Assembly: GCA_964397395.1 (NCBI GenBank)
Contig: CAYNIN010000001.1
Location: 1,353 to 65,352 of the forward strand
Direction: 5' to 3'
Length of the DNA stretch: 64,000 bases
DNA from: an uncultured Faecalibacterium sp.
GTDB taxonomy: Bacteria > Bacillota > Clostridia > Oscillospirales > Acutalibacteraceae
Shown piece after piece: positions 37,238 through 47,156 of this stretch (position 1 is the stretch's first letter; every line of letters starts with the position of its first letter). The notes beneath the pieces are model-generated. The model searched no databases. It was not told where the DNA came from and saw only the letters and a list, made by a program, of their open reading frames with translations. Made by a program: the position numbers and the translations under genes.

Positions 37238-39067
37238 ATGAGCCCGAGATTACGTTACACGGGCGACAGAGGGAAGGTTCCCCTTGTCAAAAACATTGCC
37301 TTTGCCTTAAAACTTGTATGGCAGGCAGATAAAAAACTTCTCATTTGCTCCCTTGCCAATTGGATTGCAGATTCGGTGTTTTCTCTTTTTGTTCAGAATA
37401 TTCTGTTTTTAAAGATACTTCTCGGAATCATTGACGCAAAGGGTAATTTCGAGGAATATTTCAAAAACCTTGTTTTGTTTCTTGTCTTATCTGTGGTGCT
37501 TAAAGGCATCATCTGGTACACCGCCTATGTAAGACAGGTTTCAACAAAAAATGTTTTAAAGGAACTTAATAACAAGGTTTTTAAAAAGGCTTTGGAACTT
37601 GACATTTCCTGCTATGAAGACCCGAAATTTTACGACAAATACCAACGTGCAACGCAAGTGCTCGCATGGGGACTTTTCGATTCCGTTTGCAATAACGTTG
37701 CCCTTGTTCTCGGCAGCATTCTCTCTTTAGCCCTTGTTGTCGGTACCGTCACAACAATTGACCCTGTTTATCTTCTTTTCCTGCTGCCTACCGGCTTTGT
37801 TTTTGTTATTGAACTTTTCAAAAGCAAACTTGTCTTTAAACGTGACAAGGAAATGACCGCCAACAACCGAATTAAAGCCTATATTCAGCGCACGGTTTTC
37901 CTTAAAGAGTATTCAAAAGATATACGCACATCAAATATCTTTGCTGTTTTAATGGTACGCTTCAAAGCGGCAATTGATGCCAACGTGGAAATTCTGAAAA
38001 GTTACGGTGTACGGCTTTTCATTTACAGTATGGTAAGTTCACTTTTCAGTGATTTTATCCCAACCATCGGCACCTACGCTCTTGCGGCATATCAGTTCGT
38101 TTTCACCAAAACCATGACTGTTTCCGCCTTTTCCGTTGTACTTTCTTCAATCAATTCCGTAAGTATATCAACAATGCGTGTTGCAAACAGTTTTCAGATG
38201 CTCTCCGAAGCGGCTTTCTACTTCCAGAATCTGCGTGAGTTTTTTGATTACGAACCTGAAATCATCGGCGGCAGCAAGAAATGTGAAGAATTTGAATCTC
38301 TTGAATTTAAAAATGTTTCTTTCCGCTACCCCTCGGCAGAAAAGAATTCTCTCACAGACGTTTCATTTAAAATAAATAAAGGCGAAACCGTTGCTCTTGT
38401 GGGTGTCAACGGTGCAGGTAAAAGTACTCTTGTCAAACTCCTGCTTCGTTTCTACGATGCCACAGAGGGTGAGATCCTCTATAACGGCATAAACATCAAG
38501 GATTATGACCTTACTTCTCTGCGTGAAAGTTACGGCGCCGTTTTTCAGGATTACAAAAACTTTGCCGTTTCCGTTTACGAAAATATTATGTGTCACGAAT
38601 GTTCCGACGAAGAAAAAGAAAAGGCGAAAACCGCCCTCATGCAAAGCGGTATATGGGATAAGATTTCTGCCCTGCAAAAAGAAGGCGATACGGTACTTAC
38701 AAGAGAATTTGAAAATGACGGTATCGGTCTTTCGGGCGGTGAAAACCAGAAAGTTTCCGTTGCCCGTCTTTTTGCAAAGGATTTTCAGTTTGCGGTTCTC
38801 GACGAGCCTTCCTCTGCCCTTGACCCGATTGCAGAATACAAGATGTATCAGAGTCTGATTGAGGTTACAAAAGGCAAAACCGTTCTCTATATATCCCACC
38901 GACTTTCTTCTGCCGTTCTTTCGGATAAAATCATCGTTTTAGGCGGCGGAAAGGTGCTCGAAAGAGGCTCCCATCAGGAACTTCTTTCAAAAGGCGGAGA
39001 GTATAGCCGTATGTTCACCCTCCAGGCATCAAGTTACAACAGAGAAAAGGAGGATGAAAATGAGTAA
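37238..39067 (+). CDS. ABC exporter, fused permease/ATPase (half-transporter 1 of a heterodimer)
   Basis: 6-TM domain plus NBD: Walker A GVNGAGKST, signature LSGGENQK, Walker B AVLDEPSS, H-loop ISHRL. I chose the ATG at 37238, after GAGGTGA. Confidence 0.88.
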   Translation: MSPRLRYTGDRGKVPLVKNIAFALKLVWQADKKLLICSLANWIADSVFSLFVQNILFLKILLGIIDAKGNFEEYFKNLVLFLVLSVVLKGIIWYTAYVRQVSTKNVLKELNNKVFKKALELDISCYEDPKFYDKYQRATQVLAWGLFDSVCNNVALVLGSILSLALVVGTVTTIDPVYLLFLLPTGFVFVIELFKSKLVFKRDKEMTANNRIKAYIQRTVFLKEYSKDIRTSNIFAVLMVRFKAAIDANVEILKSYGVRLFIYSMVSSLFSDFIPTIGTYALAAYQFVFTKTMTVSAFSVVLSSINSVSISTMRVANSFQMLSEAAFYFQNLREFFDYEPEIIGGSKKCEEFESLEFKNVSFRYPSAEKNSLTDVSFKINKGETVALVGVNGAGKSTLVKLLLRFYDATEGEILYNGINIKDYDLTSLRESYGAVFQDYKNFAVSVYENIMCHECSDEEKEKAKTALMQSGIWDKISALQKEGDTVLTREFENDGIGLSGGENQKVSVARLFAKDFQFAVLDEPSSALDPIAEYKMYQSLIEVTKGKTVLYISHRLSSAVLSDKIIVLGGGKVLERGSHQELLSKGGEYSRMFTLQASSYNREKEDENE

Positions 39068-40856
39068 GACCAAAGACAAAAAGCAGTACAGTATGCTGTC
39101 AAACATTTTCTTTTTCGTAAAACTTCTCTTTTCAATTTCCCCTTTGCTTGTTATCGGTGAATTTATCTGGGGCATACTTCTCATTCTTCCCGAAAGGCTC
39201 GTTTCGGTCATCGGTGTGAAGTATATCATCGACGTTGTTACCGAAGGCGAAAACCTTGAAAGAATCTTTGCAGCCGTCGGAGTGATTGCCCTTGTTATAA
39301 TTTTAAGCAAAGTTTTCTCCTGGCTTTTCAGAGAATTTTTCTGGAACACGGAAAAAGAAAAAGTTTACTACGGGCTTAACAAAACCCTTTACGACAAAGC
39401 CCGTGGACTTGACGAAGAAAATTACGACAATCCCGAATTTTACAACAACTTCATTCTGACAATTGAATCTTCCTCTGACAATATTCAGAATCTTTTAGGT
39501 CTTGTCAGAAACTATGTGGGCAACGTAATTTCTCTTATTACAATTGCAGGTGTTCTTCTCACCATCGACCCCCTTTGTCTTGTGATAATCGTCTTTTTCA
39601 TCGGTGCTTTTCTTCCCCTGAGCCGAAAAATCGGTGATTTACAGATGGGCAGGCGGATTGACAACACAAAGTACCACCGCAGAAGTGACTACTTCCAGCG
39701 TATTTTCTACCTTCAGGACTACTGCAAAGAGGTACGAATGAACAACATCTCCCCTCTGCTTATGGAAAGGTATAACGATGCGGCAACAGATGTTGTTAAA
39801 AATCAGAAGAAATATTGGAAAAAGATTTCTTCACTTTATATGGTACAGGAAACGGGCATACAGATTTTAGGGTTTATGTTTGTGCTCCCCCTTTATCTCG
39901 GATACTGTGTACTTGTGAAAGAGAGCCTTTCGGCAGGTGATTTCGTTGCCGCTTTCAACGGCGCTCATTCAATTGCAATTTCAATCAATTTTCTGACGGT
40001 GTGGGCAGTTGCCGTTTTCACCGAAAGAGGAAAAATGATTGAAAAGTACCGTGAATTTTTAAAATGCGACTTTAAAATCAAAGACGGCGAGAAGACCGCA
40101 GAAAAATCAGAGCCCAAAGAGATTAAAATTGAAAATCTCAACTTCACCTATCCCGGTAACGATGAGCCGACTTTAAGCGACATAAATCTCACGATAAAGC
40201 CTTATGAAAAAATTGCCCTCGTCGGCTATAACGGCGCAGGTAAAACCACCCTTACCAATCTGCTTCTTCGCCTTTATGATGCCACAAGCGGTACAATTAA
40301 AATCGGCGGTGAAGACATAAGGGAAAGTACCCTTGCTTCTCACCGTGACAGATTTTCCGCCGTTTTCCAGGACTTCCAACTTTTCTCCTGCAGTGTTGGT
40401 GAAAACGTTGCTCTCGACAAGGAGTATGACAGCGAAAAGGTTATGCAGGCTCTTTCTCACAGCGGTTTCACAAAGGAACTCAAGAAGGGTACGGAAACAG
40501 AACTTCTGCGTGAATTTGACGATGAAGGCGTTATGCTTTCCGGCGGCGAAAGCCAGAAAGTTGCAATTGCAAGAGCCTTTTATAAAAACTGTCCCTTTGT
40601 TATTCTCGACGAGCCTTCGGCAAATCTCGACCCTGTTGCAGAGTACAATCTCAACTGTGCTATGATGGAAGCGGCTGCACATAAGACCGTTATTTTCATC
40701 TCACACCGTCTTTCCACAACGGTCAATGCCGACAGAATTTATGTTATGGAAAAAGGCAGGATAATCGAAAGCGGAAGCCACGAAGAACTGATGAAGATGA
40801 AGGGAACTTATGCGTATATGTTCAATCTTCAGGCAGAAAAATATAAAACCGAATAA
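39060..40856 (+). CDS. ABC exporter, fused permease/ATPase (half-transporter 2)
   Basis: Walker A GYNGAGKTT, signature LSGGESQK, Walker B VILDEPSA. The ATG at 39060 overlaps the upstream stop by 8 nt. AAGGAGG RBS. Confidence 0.88.
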   Translation: MSKTKDKKQYSMLSNIFFFVKLLFSISPLLVIGEFIWGILLILPERLVSVIGVKYIIDVVTEGENLERIFAAVGVIALVIILSKVFSWLFREFFWNTEKEKVYYGLNKTLYDKARGLDEENYDNPEFYNNFILTIESSSDNIQNLLGLVRNYVGNVISLITIAGVLLTIDPLCLVIIVFFIGAFLPLSRKIGDLQMGRRIDNTKYHRRSDYFQRIFYLQDYCKEVRMNNISPLLMERYNDAATDVVKNQKKYWKKISSLYMVQETGIQILGFMFVLPLYLGYCVLVKESLSAGDFVAAFNGAHSIAISINFLTVWAVAVFTERGKMIEKYREFLKCDFKIKDGEKTAEKSEPKEIKIENLNFTYPGNDEPTLSDINLTIKPYEKIALVGYNGAGKTTLTNLLLRLYDATSGTIKIGGEDIRESTLASHRDRFSAVFQDFQLFSCSVGENVALDKEYDSEKVMQALSHSGFTKELKKGTETELLREFDDEGVMLSGGESQKVAIARAFYKNCPFVILDEPSANLDPVAEYNLNCAMMEAAAHKTVIFISHRLSTTVNADRIYVMEKGRIIESGSHEELMKMKGTYAYMFNLQAEKYKTE

Positions 40857-40910
40857 AAAAATATCCACTCCCCGTTTGAAAACTTTTTAACGAGGGAGTG
40901 GACTTTTTTA

Positions 40911-41882
40911 TCAGTAAGTGAAATCCGAAAGGTACATATAATTATCAAGAACTGCCGTTCCTGCGGCGTTCAGACCGATAACTTTACCGCTGTTGATTTT
41001 AATAAGAATATGCATATATTGGTCAAGGGAAACAATTTCGTTTGTTTCGGGGTTATAGACAAGTTCTGCGGTGCAGTCATAATACGTAAGACTGAAATCG
41101 ATGTCTTTAATAAGGAACTTTACAGCCTTATCGTTTTCAAGAGTGTAGACAACCTCCGCTCTCTGAATAGGCGTGAACAATGAGCCGACGGCACTTTCGC
41201 AGGTCGTTGCACCTTCAGCGGGAGGCTCACTGTTGACTTCGTCGTTAAGCACAATAACAATTTTATTGTTGCCGTCGGGAAGAGCAGTACAAGTGGCAGA
41301 TTTAATTTTGCTCACATCGGTAAGCATACAGCCTTTCTGTACTCTGTAAATCGGGAACCAATACATATCGTTTCCCTTTTCTCTGATTTCGGGATTTGCT
41401 CTTGCCTTTTCTTCCGTTACGAAAAAGTTTGATGCAATAGGCAGAATTTTATCAAATACGCCGCCCTCAAAGTTAACTTTATCTTCGGGGATAGCCTGAT
41501 ATTCCACCTTTTTATGAGCAGGCTTTTCAGTTTTTGCCTTATCCACAATTAAAGTATACTTTGCAAGAATTTCTTCTGCCGTTGAGGGAACGGAAGATAC
41601 CGTTGCCTCGGTGGTGGTGACGGCAGAGGTTGTGGTGGCATCGGCAGAACTTTGTTCCGTTACCTGTGCCTGAGTTGTCGTTTGTGCAGTCGCTTGAGTT
41701 GTTGCCTGAGTTGTTGCCTGCGTTGTTGCCTGCGTTGTTGTTACGGGGGCCTGAGTAGTTGTCTGCGATGCAGTTTCAACTTCCGAGGTGTTTCCGTCTG
41801 AAGTTACGACAAAAACGACCGCTACGGCAAGACATACCGTAAGGGCAACGAGCAGTCTTAAAATTGTTTTTTCCTTTTTCAT
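40911..41882 (-). CDS. Secreted/anchored hypothetical protein with a (TTQA)n linker
   Basis: 323 aa. N-terminal TM/signal, a TTQATTQATTQATTQATAQTTTQAQ repeat, and a ~210-aa C-terminal domain of unknown family. Confidence 0.55.
   Translation of the reverse strand: MKKEKTILRLLVALTVCLAVAVVFVVTSDGNTSEVETASQTTTQAPVTTTQATTQATTQATTQATAQTTTQAQVTEQSSADATTTSAVTTTEATVSSVPSTAEEILAKYTLIVDKAKTEKPAHKKVEYQAIPEDKVNFEGGVFDKILPIASNFFVTEEKARANPEIREKGNDMYWFPIYRVQKGCMLTDVSKIKSATCTALPDGNNKIVIVLNDEVNSEPPAEGATTCESAVGSLFTPIQRAEVVYTLENDKAVKFLIKDIDFSLTYYDCTAELVYNPETNEIVSLDQYMHILIKINSGKVIGLNAAGTAVLDNYMYLSDFTY
41693..41740 (-). repeat. Tandem 12-nt coding repeat (4 units) encoding TTQA
   Basis: cttgagttgttg / cctgagttgttg / cctgcgttgttg / cctgcgttgttg. 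Confidence 0.75.
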
Positions 41883-41947
41883 TTTCCTCTCTCCTTTTTA
41901 TTTGACGGACATAAGTCCGTTTTTTATTTTGTGTTTGCTGTTACTTT

Positions 41948-42424
41948 TTACTCAACTGTTACAATATGCTCTATTCCTGAATGTTCTTTATTCAGATATT
42001 CTTTTAAAAATGTGGGATAAGCCTTGTATTTATCCAAATCTTTTATAGCAATCCAAACCATATTTTCTTTTACACCTTGAGTATAACTGTTGCTGTTTAA
42101 CTCTTGAGTGCCTCTCGGTTTCATCAGAAAATAAAATGCGACTTCGTGGCACTTCAAGTCTTTAAAACATTCGCTTGAATCAGTAAAAAAGTTTTCATGT
42201 ATTACTGCCAACCGGTCAACTTCGTAAAGTGTGCCCGTTTCTTCAAAAACCTCACGAACAACGGCGTCTTCTGCTTTTTCACCGATATGCACACCGCCGC
42301 CGACGGAATAGTAATAATCCGCTTTTTCATTGCTTGCCAACAGAACATGGTTGTTTTCAACAATGATTGCAGCAGCACGGAACCTGAACCAGTTGTTTTC
42401 TTTTGTTAAGCCACAATCAAACAT
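41948..42424 (-). CDS. NUDIX hydrolase
   Basis: Nudix box GGGVHIGEKAEDAVVREVFEETG. Confidence 0.85.
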   Translation of the reverse strand: MFDCGLTKENNWFRFRAAAIIVENNHVLLASNEKADYYYSVGGGVHIGEKAEDAVVREVFEETGTLYEVDRLAVIHENFFTDSSECFKDLKCHEVAFYFLMKPRGTQELNSNSYTQGVKENMVWIAIKDLDKYKAYPTFLKEYLNKEHSGIEHIVTVE

Positions 42425-42465
42425 TTCACGCTCTCCTTTTGTTCATCGGATATAAGTTTAGCCAA

Positions 42466-43377
42466 TCACGGAAGTTTATTTCCCGCCGCCCTGTAAATCT
42501 CATACCATTCTTCACGGGTGAGTTTAACTTCACTTGCTTTAAGGCAATCGGTAAGACGGGTAAGCTTTGTCGTTCCCGTAACGGGCTGCATTTTTGCAGG
42601 GTGACGGAGTATCCAGGCAAAAGCAACAGTCGTTTTTGAAACGCCGTATTTTTCGCCTATATTTTCAAGTGCTTTGTTAAGTTCGGGGAACTTTTCATTA
42701 TCAATATAGCAGCCTTCAAAAAAGCCGTATTGCATAGGTGACCATGGCTGAATTGTGATTCTGTTCAGTCTGCAGAAATCGAGCACACTGCCGTCACGGT
42801 TAATTCCCGATTCGTTATACATATTGACGTTGATTCCCGATTGAATCATCGGTGCGTGCATAACGGAAAACTGAAGCTGATTTGCACAAATGGGCATATC
42901 AAGGCAGGATTCAAGAAGCTTCATCTGATAAGGATTCTGATTTGAAACACCGAAGTGACGGACTTTTCCTGAAGATTTCAGTTCATCAAAGGCTCTTGCA
43001 ACCTCTTCAGGCTCCATAAGTGCGTCGGGACGGTGAAGAAGGAGAACGTCAATATATTCTGTACCGAGGCGTTCAAGACTGCCGTTAACGGAATTTACGA
43101 TATGCTCGTAGGAAAAATCAAATCTGCCGGGACGGATACCGCATTTAGTCTGAATAAAAATGTTTTCACGCATAGAGGGTGTTATTGCTTTGCCGAAAAC
43201 ACTTTCACTTTTTCCGCCGCCGTAAATATCTGCATGGTCGAAAAAGTTTGCACCGTTTTCAAGAGAAGTATCAACAAAAGCAGACACTTCTTTTCCGCTC
43301 ATATCGCTTATACGCATACAGCCAACGGCAACAGTTGGCACAAGCAGACCGCTTTTACCAAGTTCAATTTTATACAT
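42466..43377 (-). CDS. Aldo/keto reductase
   Basis: 303 aa. FDHADIYGGGKSE, LLHRPD and GVSNQNP motifs. Confidence 0.88.
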   Translation of the reverse strand: MYKIELGKSGLLVPTVAVGCMRISDMSGKEVSAFVDTSLENGANFFDHADIYGGGKSESVFGKAITPSMRENIFIQTKCGIRPGRFDFSYEHIVNSVNGSLERLGTEYIDVLLLHRPDALMEPEEVARAFDELKSSGKVRHFGVSNQNPYQMKLLESCLDMPICANQLQFSVMHAPMIQSGINVNMYNESGINRDGSVLDFCRLNRITIQPWSPMQYGFFEGCYIDNEKFPELNKALENIGEKYGVSKTTVAFAWILRHPAKMQPVTGTTKLTRLTDCLKASEVKLTREEWYEIYRAAGNKLP

Positions 43378-43403
43378 AACTGTTCTCCTTTTATGGTGTT
43401 TTT

Positions 43404-46400
43404 TTACATATCAAACAAACTCATCTGTCTTGTTTCGGGCAAATCCCTGAATGCACCAACCTGACGGAGTGCTTCAATTGTTGATGAAGAAGCCGAGGCT
43501 TTCTGGGCAAAATCGTCAACGGATACAAACTCCGCACCGCCTTTTCTCGCCTCCATAAGAGCAATAGCCGCATTTTCACCGACACCGCTTAAAGCGCCGA
43601 AAGGCATACGGATTTTTCCGTCTTCAATTTCGTAAACGGTGGCGTGGGACTTGTAAATATCAACGGGAAGAAGTTCAATACCTCTTGCCATCATTTCATT
43701 TACAACCTGCAAAGTCGGGTACATATTGATTTCTTTGGGTTGTGCGTCCTTACCCTTGAGTTTAATATCCGCCATTCTTCTCTTAACGGCGTTTCTGCCC
43801 TCGATAACCGTTGCTGCTTCAAGGTCGCCGCCTCGTACCGTCATAAATGCCGCATAATATTCAAGGGGGTAGTAAATCTTGTACCAGCCAAGACGGAGTG
43901 CCGCACTTACATAAGCCGCCGCATGAGCCTTGGGGAACATATACTTGATTTTCATACAGGAGTCAATGTACCACTGCTCAACACCGTTATCTTTCATAGC
44001 CTGAATATGCTCCTCGGTAAGAAGTTTTGTCGCCTTACCCTTACGGACAATTTCCATAATCTTAAACGCCATACTCGGCTCAACGCCCTTATGCATAAGG
44101 TAAACCATAATGTTGTCACGGGTACCGATAACTTCTGAAATGGTGCAGATTTCGTCTTTGATAAGTTCCTGGGCATTACCCAACCAAACGTCCGTACCGT
44201 GAGAAAGACCTGAAACCTGAAGAAGATCGGAGAAATTCTTGGGCTGTGCATCAAGAAGCATCTGTATAACAAAGGGAGTGCCCATTTCGGGAATGGAAAG
44301 TGTACCCGTAGGACAGTCAATATCCTCTGCCGTAACACCCAAAGGCTCGGGGCTGAGAATTAGTTCGTATATCTTCGGGTCACATATATCCGTATCCATA
44401 ACGGAGATACCCGTCAGATCTTCAAGATGCTTATAAAGGGTGGGAACATCATGACCCAGATTATCAAGTTTGAGAATTGTATCGTGAAGTGCGTGGAAGT
44501 CGAAGTGGGTTGTTCTCGTGTCACTCTTTGCGTCGTCAGCAGGGTGCTGAACGGGAGTGAAGTCGGAAAACTCAAAAGCGTCGGGCACAACAACCATACC
44601 GCCCGGGTGCTGACCCGTTGTTCTTTTAACACCGGTACAACCCTTTGTGAGTCTGTCTTCTTCGGCACGGCTGACAACAATATCCCTTTCCTGAAGGTAT
44701 TTCTTAACATAACCGTAAGCGGTTTTATCGGCAACGGAGGCAATTGTTCCCGCTTTGAAAACGTGACCGTCACCGAAAAGGGTTTCCGTATATCTGTGGG
44801 CTCTTGACTGATATTCGCCCGAGAAGTTAAGGTCAATATCGGGGCTCTTATCGCCCTTGAATCCAAGGAAAGTTTCAAAGGGGATATCGTGACCGTCACG
44901 AATCATCGGTGTATCACAGTGGGGACAGTTTTTCGGCGGAAGGTCATAACCCGAACCTACCTCACCTTTAAGGAAAAATTCCGAATGTTTACAGTCGGGA
45001 CAGCGGTAATGGGGAGCAAGAGGATTAACTTCGGAAATACCCGAAGCGTTGGCAACATAAGATGAGCCGACGGAACCTCTCGAGCCTACGAGGTAACCGT
45101 GTTCCTCGGAGTTTTTAACAAGTTTCTGGGCAATCATATAAAGAACGCCGAAACCGTGTTTGATAATTGAGGTAAGTTCCTTTTCAAGACGTTTTGCAAC
45201 ATATTCGGGTACGGGGTCACCGTAAAGGCTTTTCGCCTTATCCCAGCAAAGTCTTGTCAGTTCCTCGTCGGCACCCTCAAGGGAGGGCGGGAAGTTACCG
45301 CTGGGTATGGGTATTATTTTTTCAATCATATCGGCAATTTTGTTGGTGTTGGTGATAACAACTTCCTTTGCCGTTTCTTCACCGAGATATGCAAATTCGC
45401 CGAGCATTTCCTCGGTGTTTCTGAAGTAAAGAGGTGCCTGATTATCCGCATCGGTAAAGCCCTGACCCGCCATAAGAATTGCTCTGTACTTTGCATCTTC
45501 CGGGTCAATGAAGTGAACGTCGCAGGTTGCAACAACCATTTTACCGAGGGCATCGGCAACGTGAATAACCTTGCGGTTGAAGTTCTGTATATCCTCAACG
45601 GAATTTACATTGGGGAATCGCTCGCTTCTTATCATATATTCGTTGTTGCCGCAGGGCTGAATTTCAAGATAGTCGTAAAAGGAAGCGATTTTCAGTATCT
45701 CCGCATCACTTTTGCCCTCAACAATCGCTCTGTAAAGTTCACCTGCCTCACAGGCACTGCCAATGATAAGACCCTCTCTGTGCTTTATGAGTTCACTTTT
45801 GGGAATAATGGGTCTGCGGTGGTAATATTCAAGGTTTGATTTTGTAATAAGTTTATAAAGATTTTTAAGACCCGTAAGGTTCCTTACGAGAATAATCTGG
45901 TGAAAATACTTATTCTTCGCCTTTTTCCAATCTTCAAAACTTTGCTCGGTATCGTCAATAAAATATCCTTCCATACCGTAGATAATCTTAATCTTACCGC
46001 CTGCCGCCGCAACGGCTTCGGGGAAAGCCTGAACAACGCCGTGGTCAGTGATTGCAATTGCCTTGTGACCCCAACTGATTGCTCTTTTTACAAGCACCGA
46101 CGCATCGGTCATACCGTCCATCATAGACATCTTTGTATGAAGATGCAGTTCAACTCTTTTTTCAGGTGCATCATCGGTCTTGGGTATTTTTTCAACAAGA
46201 CTTATTGCTCTGGGAGAAATAACATTTTCGCCCGTATATTTATCAAAGGAAAGGTCACCTCTGAGAAGCAGCGTAACGCCGTCTTTGATTTTTGCAAGAA
46301 GTGTTTCGCAGTTTTCCTTTCTCTCAAAAACCTTGCAGGTATAGGAATAAGTGTTGTCGGTAATGTTAAAGGTTATGATATTGCTTCTGCCGTCCCTTGT

Positions 46401-47138
46401 TTCTCTGCTTTCAAAAGAGAAAACATCACCCCACACAACGCAGGAGCCGTCTTCGGGAGTAATATCAATAAGAGGACGGGGATTTTTTGTAATTTTATTG
46501 CCGTAAATGGGTTTTGCTGTTTCAAGATAAAGAGGTATGCCCGGGGCGATTTTGTGTTCTTTCGGCTTCGGTGCCATATACTCCGCAGGGTCAATACCCT
46601 TGGCACGAAGATTTTCTTCTTCGGCTTTTCTGTGGAAAGAGGCAATCTCGTCGTCACTGATGTTAAGTTCCCTCTGTCCGCCGAAAACAACTTTAATTTT
46701 CCTGCCGAAATGCTCGGCAACTTTTCTTTCCATATACTCCCCTGCTTTGAAGGAGTCAAGAATGTCACCGCCGCCGTGAGAAAGTTCAACAGTCAGAGTT
46801 GTTCCGTCAAAACTGCAACTGCTGTCGGTAAGAAAGCCGTTTGAGGCAGGTATATCTCTGTTGACAAGGCTTACAAGAGATGAAAAATAACTTTCGGAAA
46901 ATCTTTCGGCAGGCATTTTTGTTCTGATATGAACGGAGTTTACCTGAAGTTTTGCTTTAAGTTCCTTTTCCGCCTCGTCGATTACTTTATATGTAACAAT
47001 ATCGGGAAAGAACGCCGTTATTTCAACGGCTTTTTTCTCCATAGATATTGCAACGTTTTCTATTTCACATAATAAAAATGCTTCTCTTGCCCTCTCTGAA
47101 CTGAAAGGGCCAAAGAGTTCTTCAAATCTACTGCTCAT
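43404..47138 (-). CDS. polC: PolC-type DNA polymerase III alpha subunit, apparently lacking the internal 3'-5' exonuclease domain
   Basis: PolC N-terminal domain, OB fold (VVWGDVFSFESRETRDGRSNIITFNITD), PHP (HLHTKMSMMDGM, AITDHGVVQAFPE), PolC Zn module (CPDCKH..CPHCDTP), polymerase core and C-terminal HhH. It is 1244 aa, versus roughly 1430 aa for canonical PolC. Confidence 0.88.
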   Translation of the reverse strand: MSSRFEELFGPFSSERAREAFLLCEIENVAISMEKKAVEITAFFPDIVTYKVIDEAEKELKAKLQVNSVHIRTKMPAERFSESYFSSLVSLVNRDIPASNGFLTDSSCSFDGTTLTVELSHGGGDILDSFKAGEYMERKVAEHFGRKIKVVFGGQRELNISDDEIASFHRKAEEENLRAKGIDPAEYMAPKPKEHKIAPGIPLYLETAKPIYGNKITKNPRPLIDITPEDGSCVVWGDVFSFESRETRDGRSNIITFNITDNTYSYTCKVFERKENCETLLAKIKDGVTLLLRGDLSFDKYTGENVISPRAISLVEKIPKTDDAPEKRVELHLHTKMSMMDGMTDASVLVKRAISWGHKAIAITDHGVVQAFPEAVAAAGGKIKIIYGMEGYFIDDTEQSFEDWKKAKNKYFHQIILVRNLTGLKNLYKLITKSNLEYYHRRPIIPKSELIKHREGLIIGSACEAGELYRAIVEGKSDAEILKIASFYDYLEIQPCGNNEYMIRSERFPNVNSVEDIQNFNRKVIHVADALGKMVVATCDVHFIDPEDAKYRAILMAGQGFTDADNQAPLYFRNTEEMLGEFAYLGEETAKEVVITNTNKIADMIEKIIPIPSGNFPPSLEGADEELTRLCWDKAKSLYGDPVPEYVAKRLEKELTSIIKHGFGVLYMIAQKLVKNSEEHGYLVGSRGSVGSSYVANASGISEVNPLAPHYRCPDCKHSEFFLKGEVGSGYDLPPKNCPHCDTPMIRDGHDIPFETFLGFKGDKSPDIDLNFSGEYQSRAHRYTETLFGDGHVFKAGTIASVADKTAYGYVKKYLQERDIVVSRAEEDRLTKGCTGVKRTTGQHPGGMVVVPDAFEFSDFTPVQHPADDAKSDTRTTHFDFHALHDTILKLDNLGHDVPTLYKHLEDLTGISVMDTDICDPKIYELILSPEPLGVTAEDIDCPTGTLSIPEMGTPFVIQMLLDAQPKNFSDLLQVSGLSHGTDVWLGNAQELIKDEICTISEVIGTRDNIMVYLMHKGVEPSMAFKIMEIVRKGKATKLLTEEHIQAMKDNGVEQWYIDSCMKIKYMFPKAHAAAYVSAALRLGWYKIYYPLEYYAAFMTVRGGDLEAATVIEGRNAVKRRMADIKLKGKDAQPKEINMYPTLQVVNEMMARGIELLPVDIYKSHATVYEIEDGKIRMPFGALSGVGENAAIALMEARKGGAEFVSVDDFAQKASASSSTIEALRQVGAFRDLPETRQMSLFDM

Positions 47139-47156
47139 TTTTTTGCCACCCTAAAC

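Noticed and set aside
37238-40856. The ABC exporter pair as the dedicated exporter of the small peptides.
   Set aside because: It lies 17 kb away, separated by many housekeeping genes. It has no C39 peptidase domain and no Pmt-like organisation. It looks like a generic heterodimeric multidrug-type exporter. The link cannot be supported from sequence.
45900-46844. A 314-aa plus-strand ORF, and other long antisense ORFs (for example 5645..6310, 38363..38899, 40173..40682, 12377..12868, 63062..63571).
   Set aside because: They lie entirely inside well-supported genes on the opposite strand. They lack RBSs and have no recognisable motifs. They are shadow ORFs.
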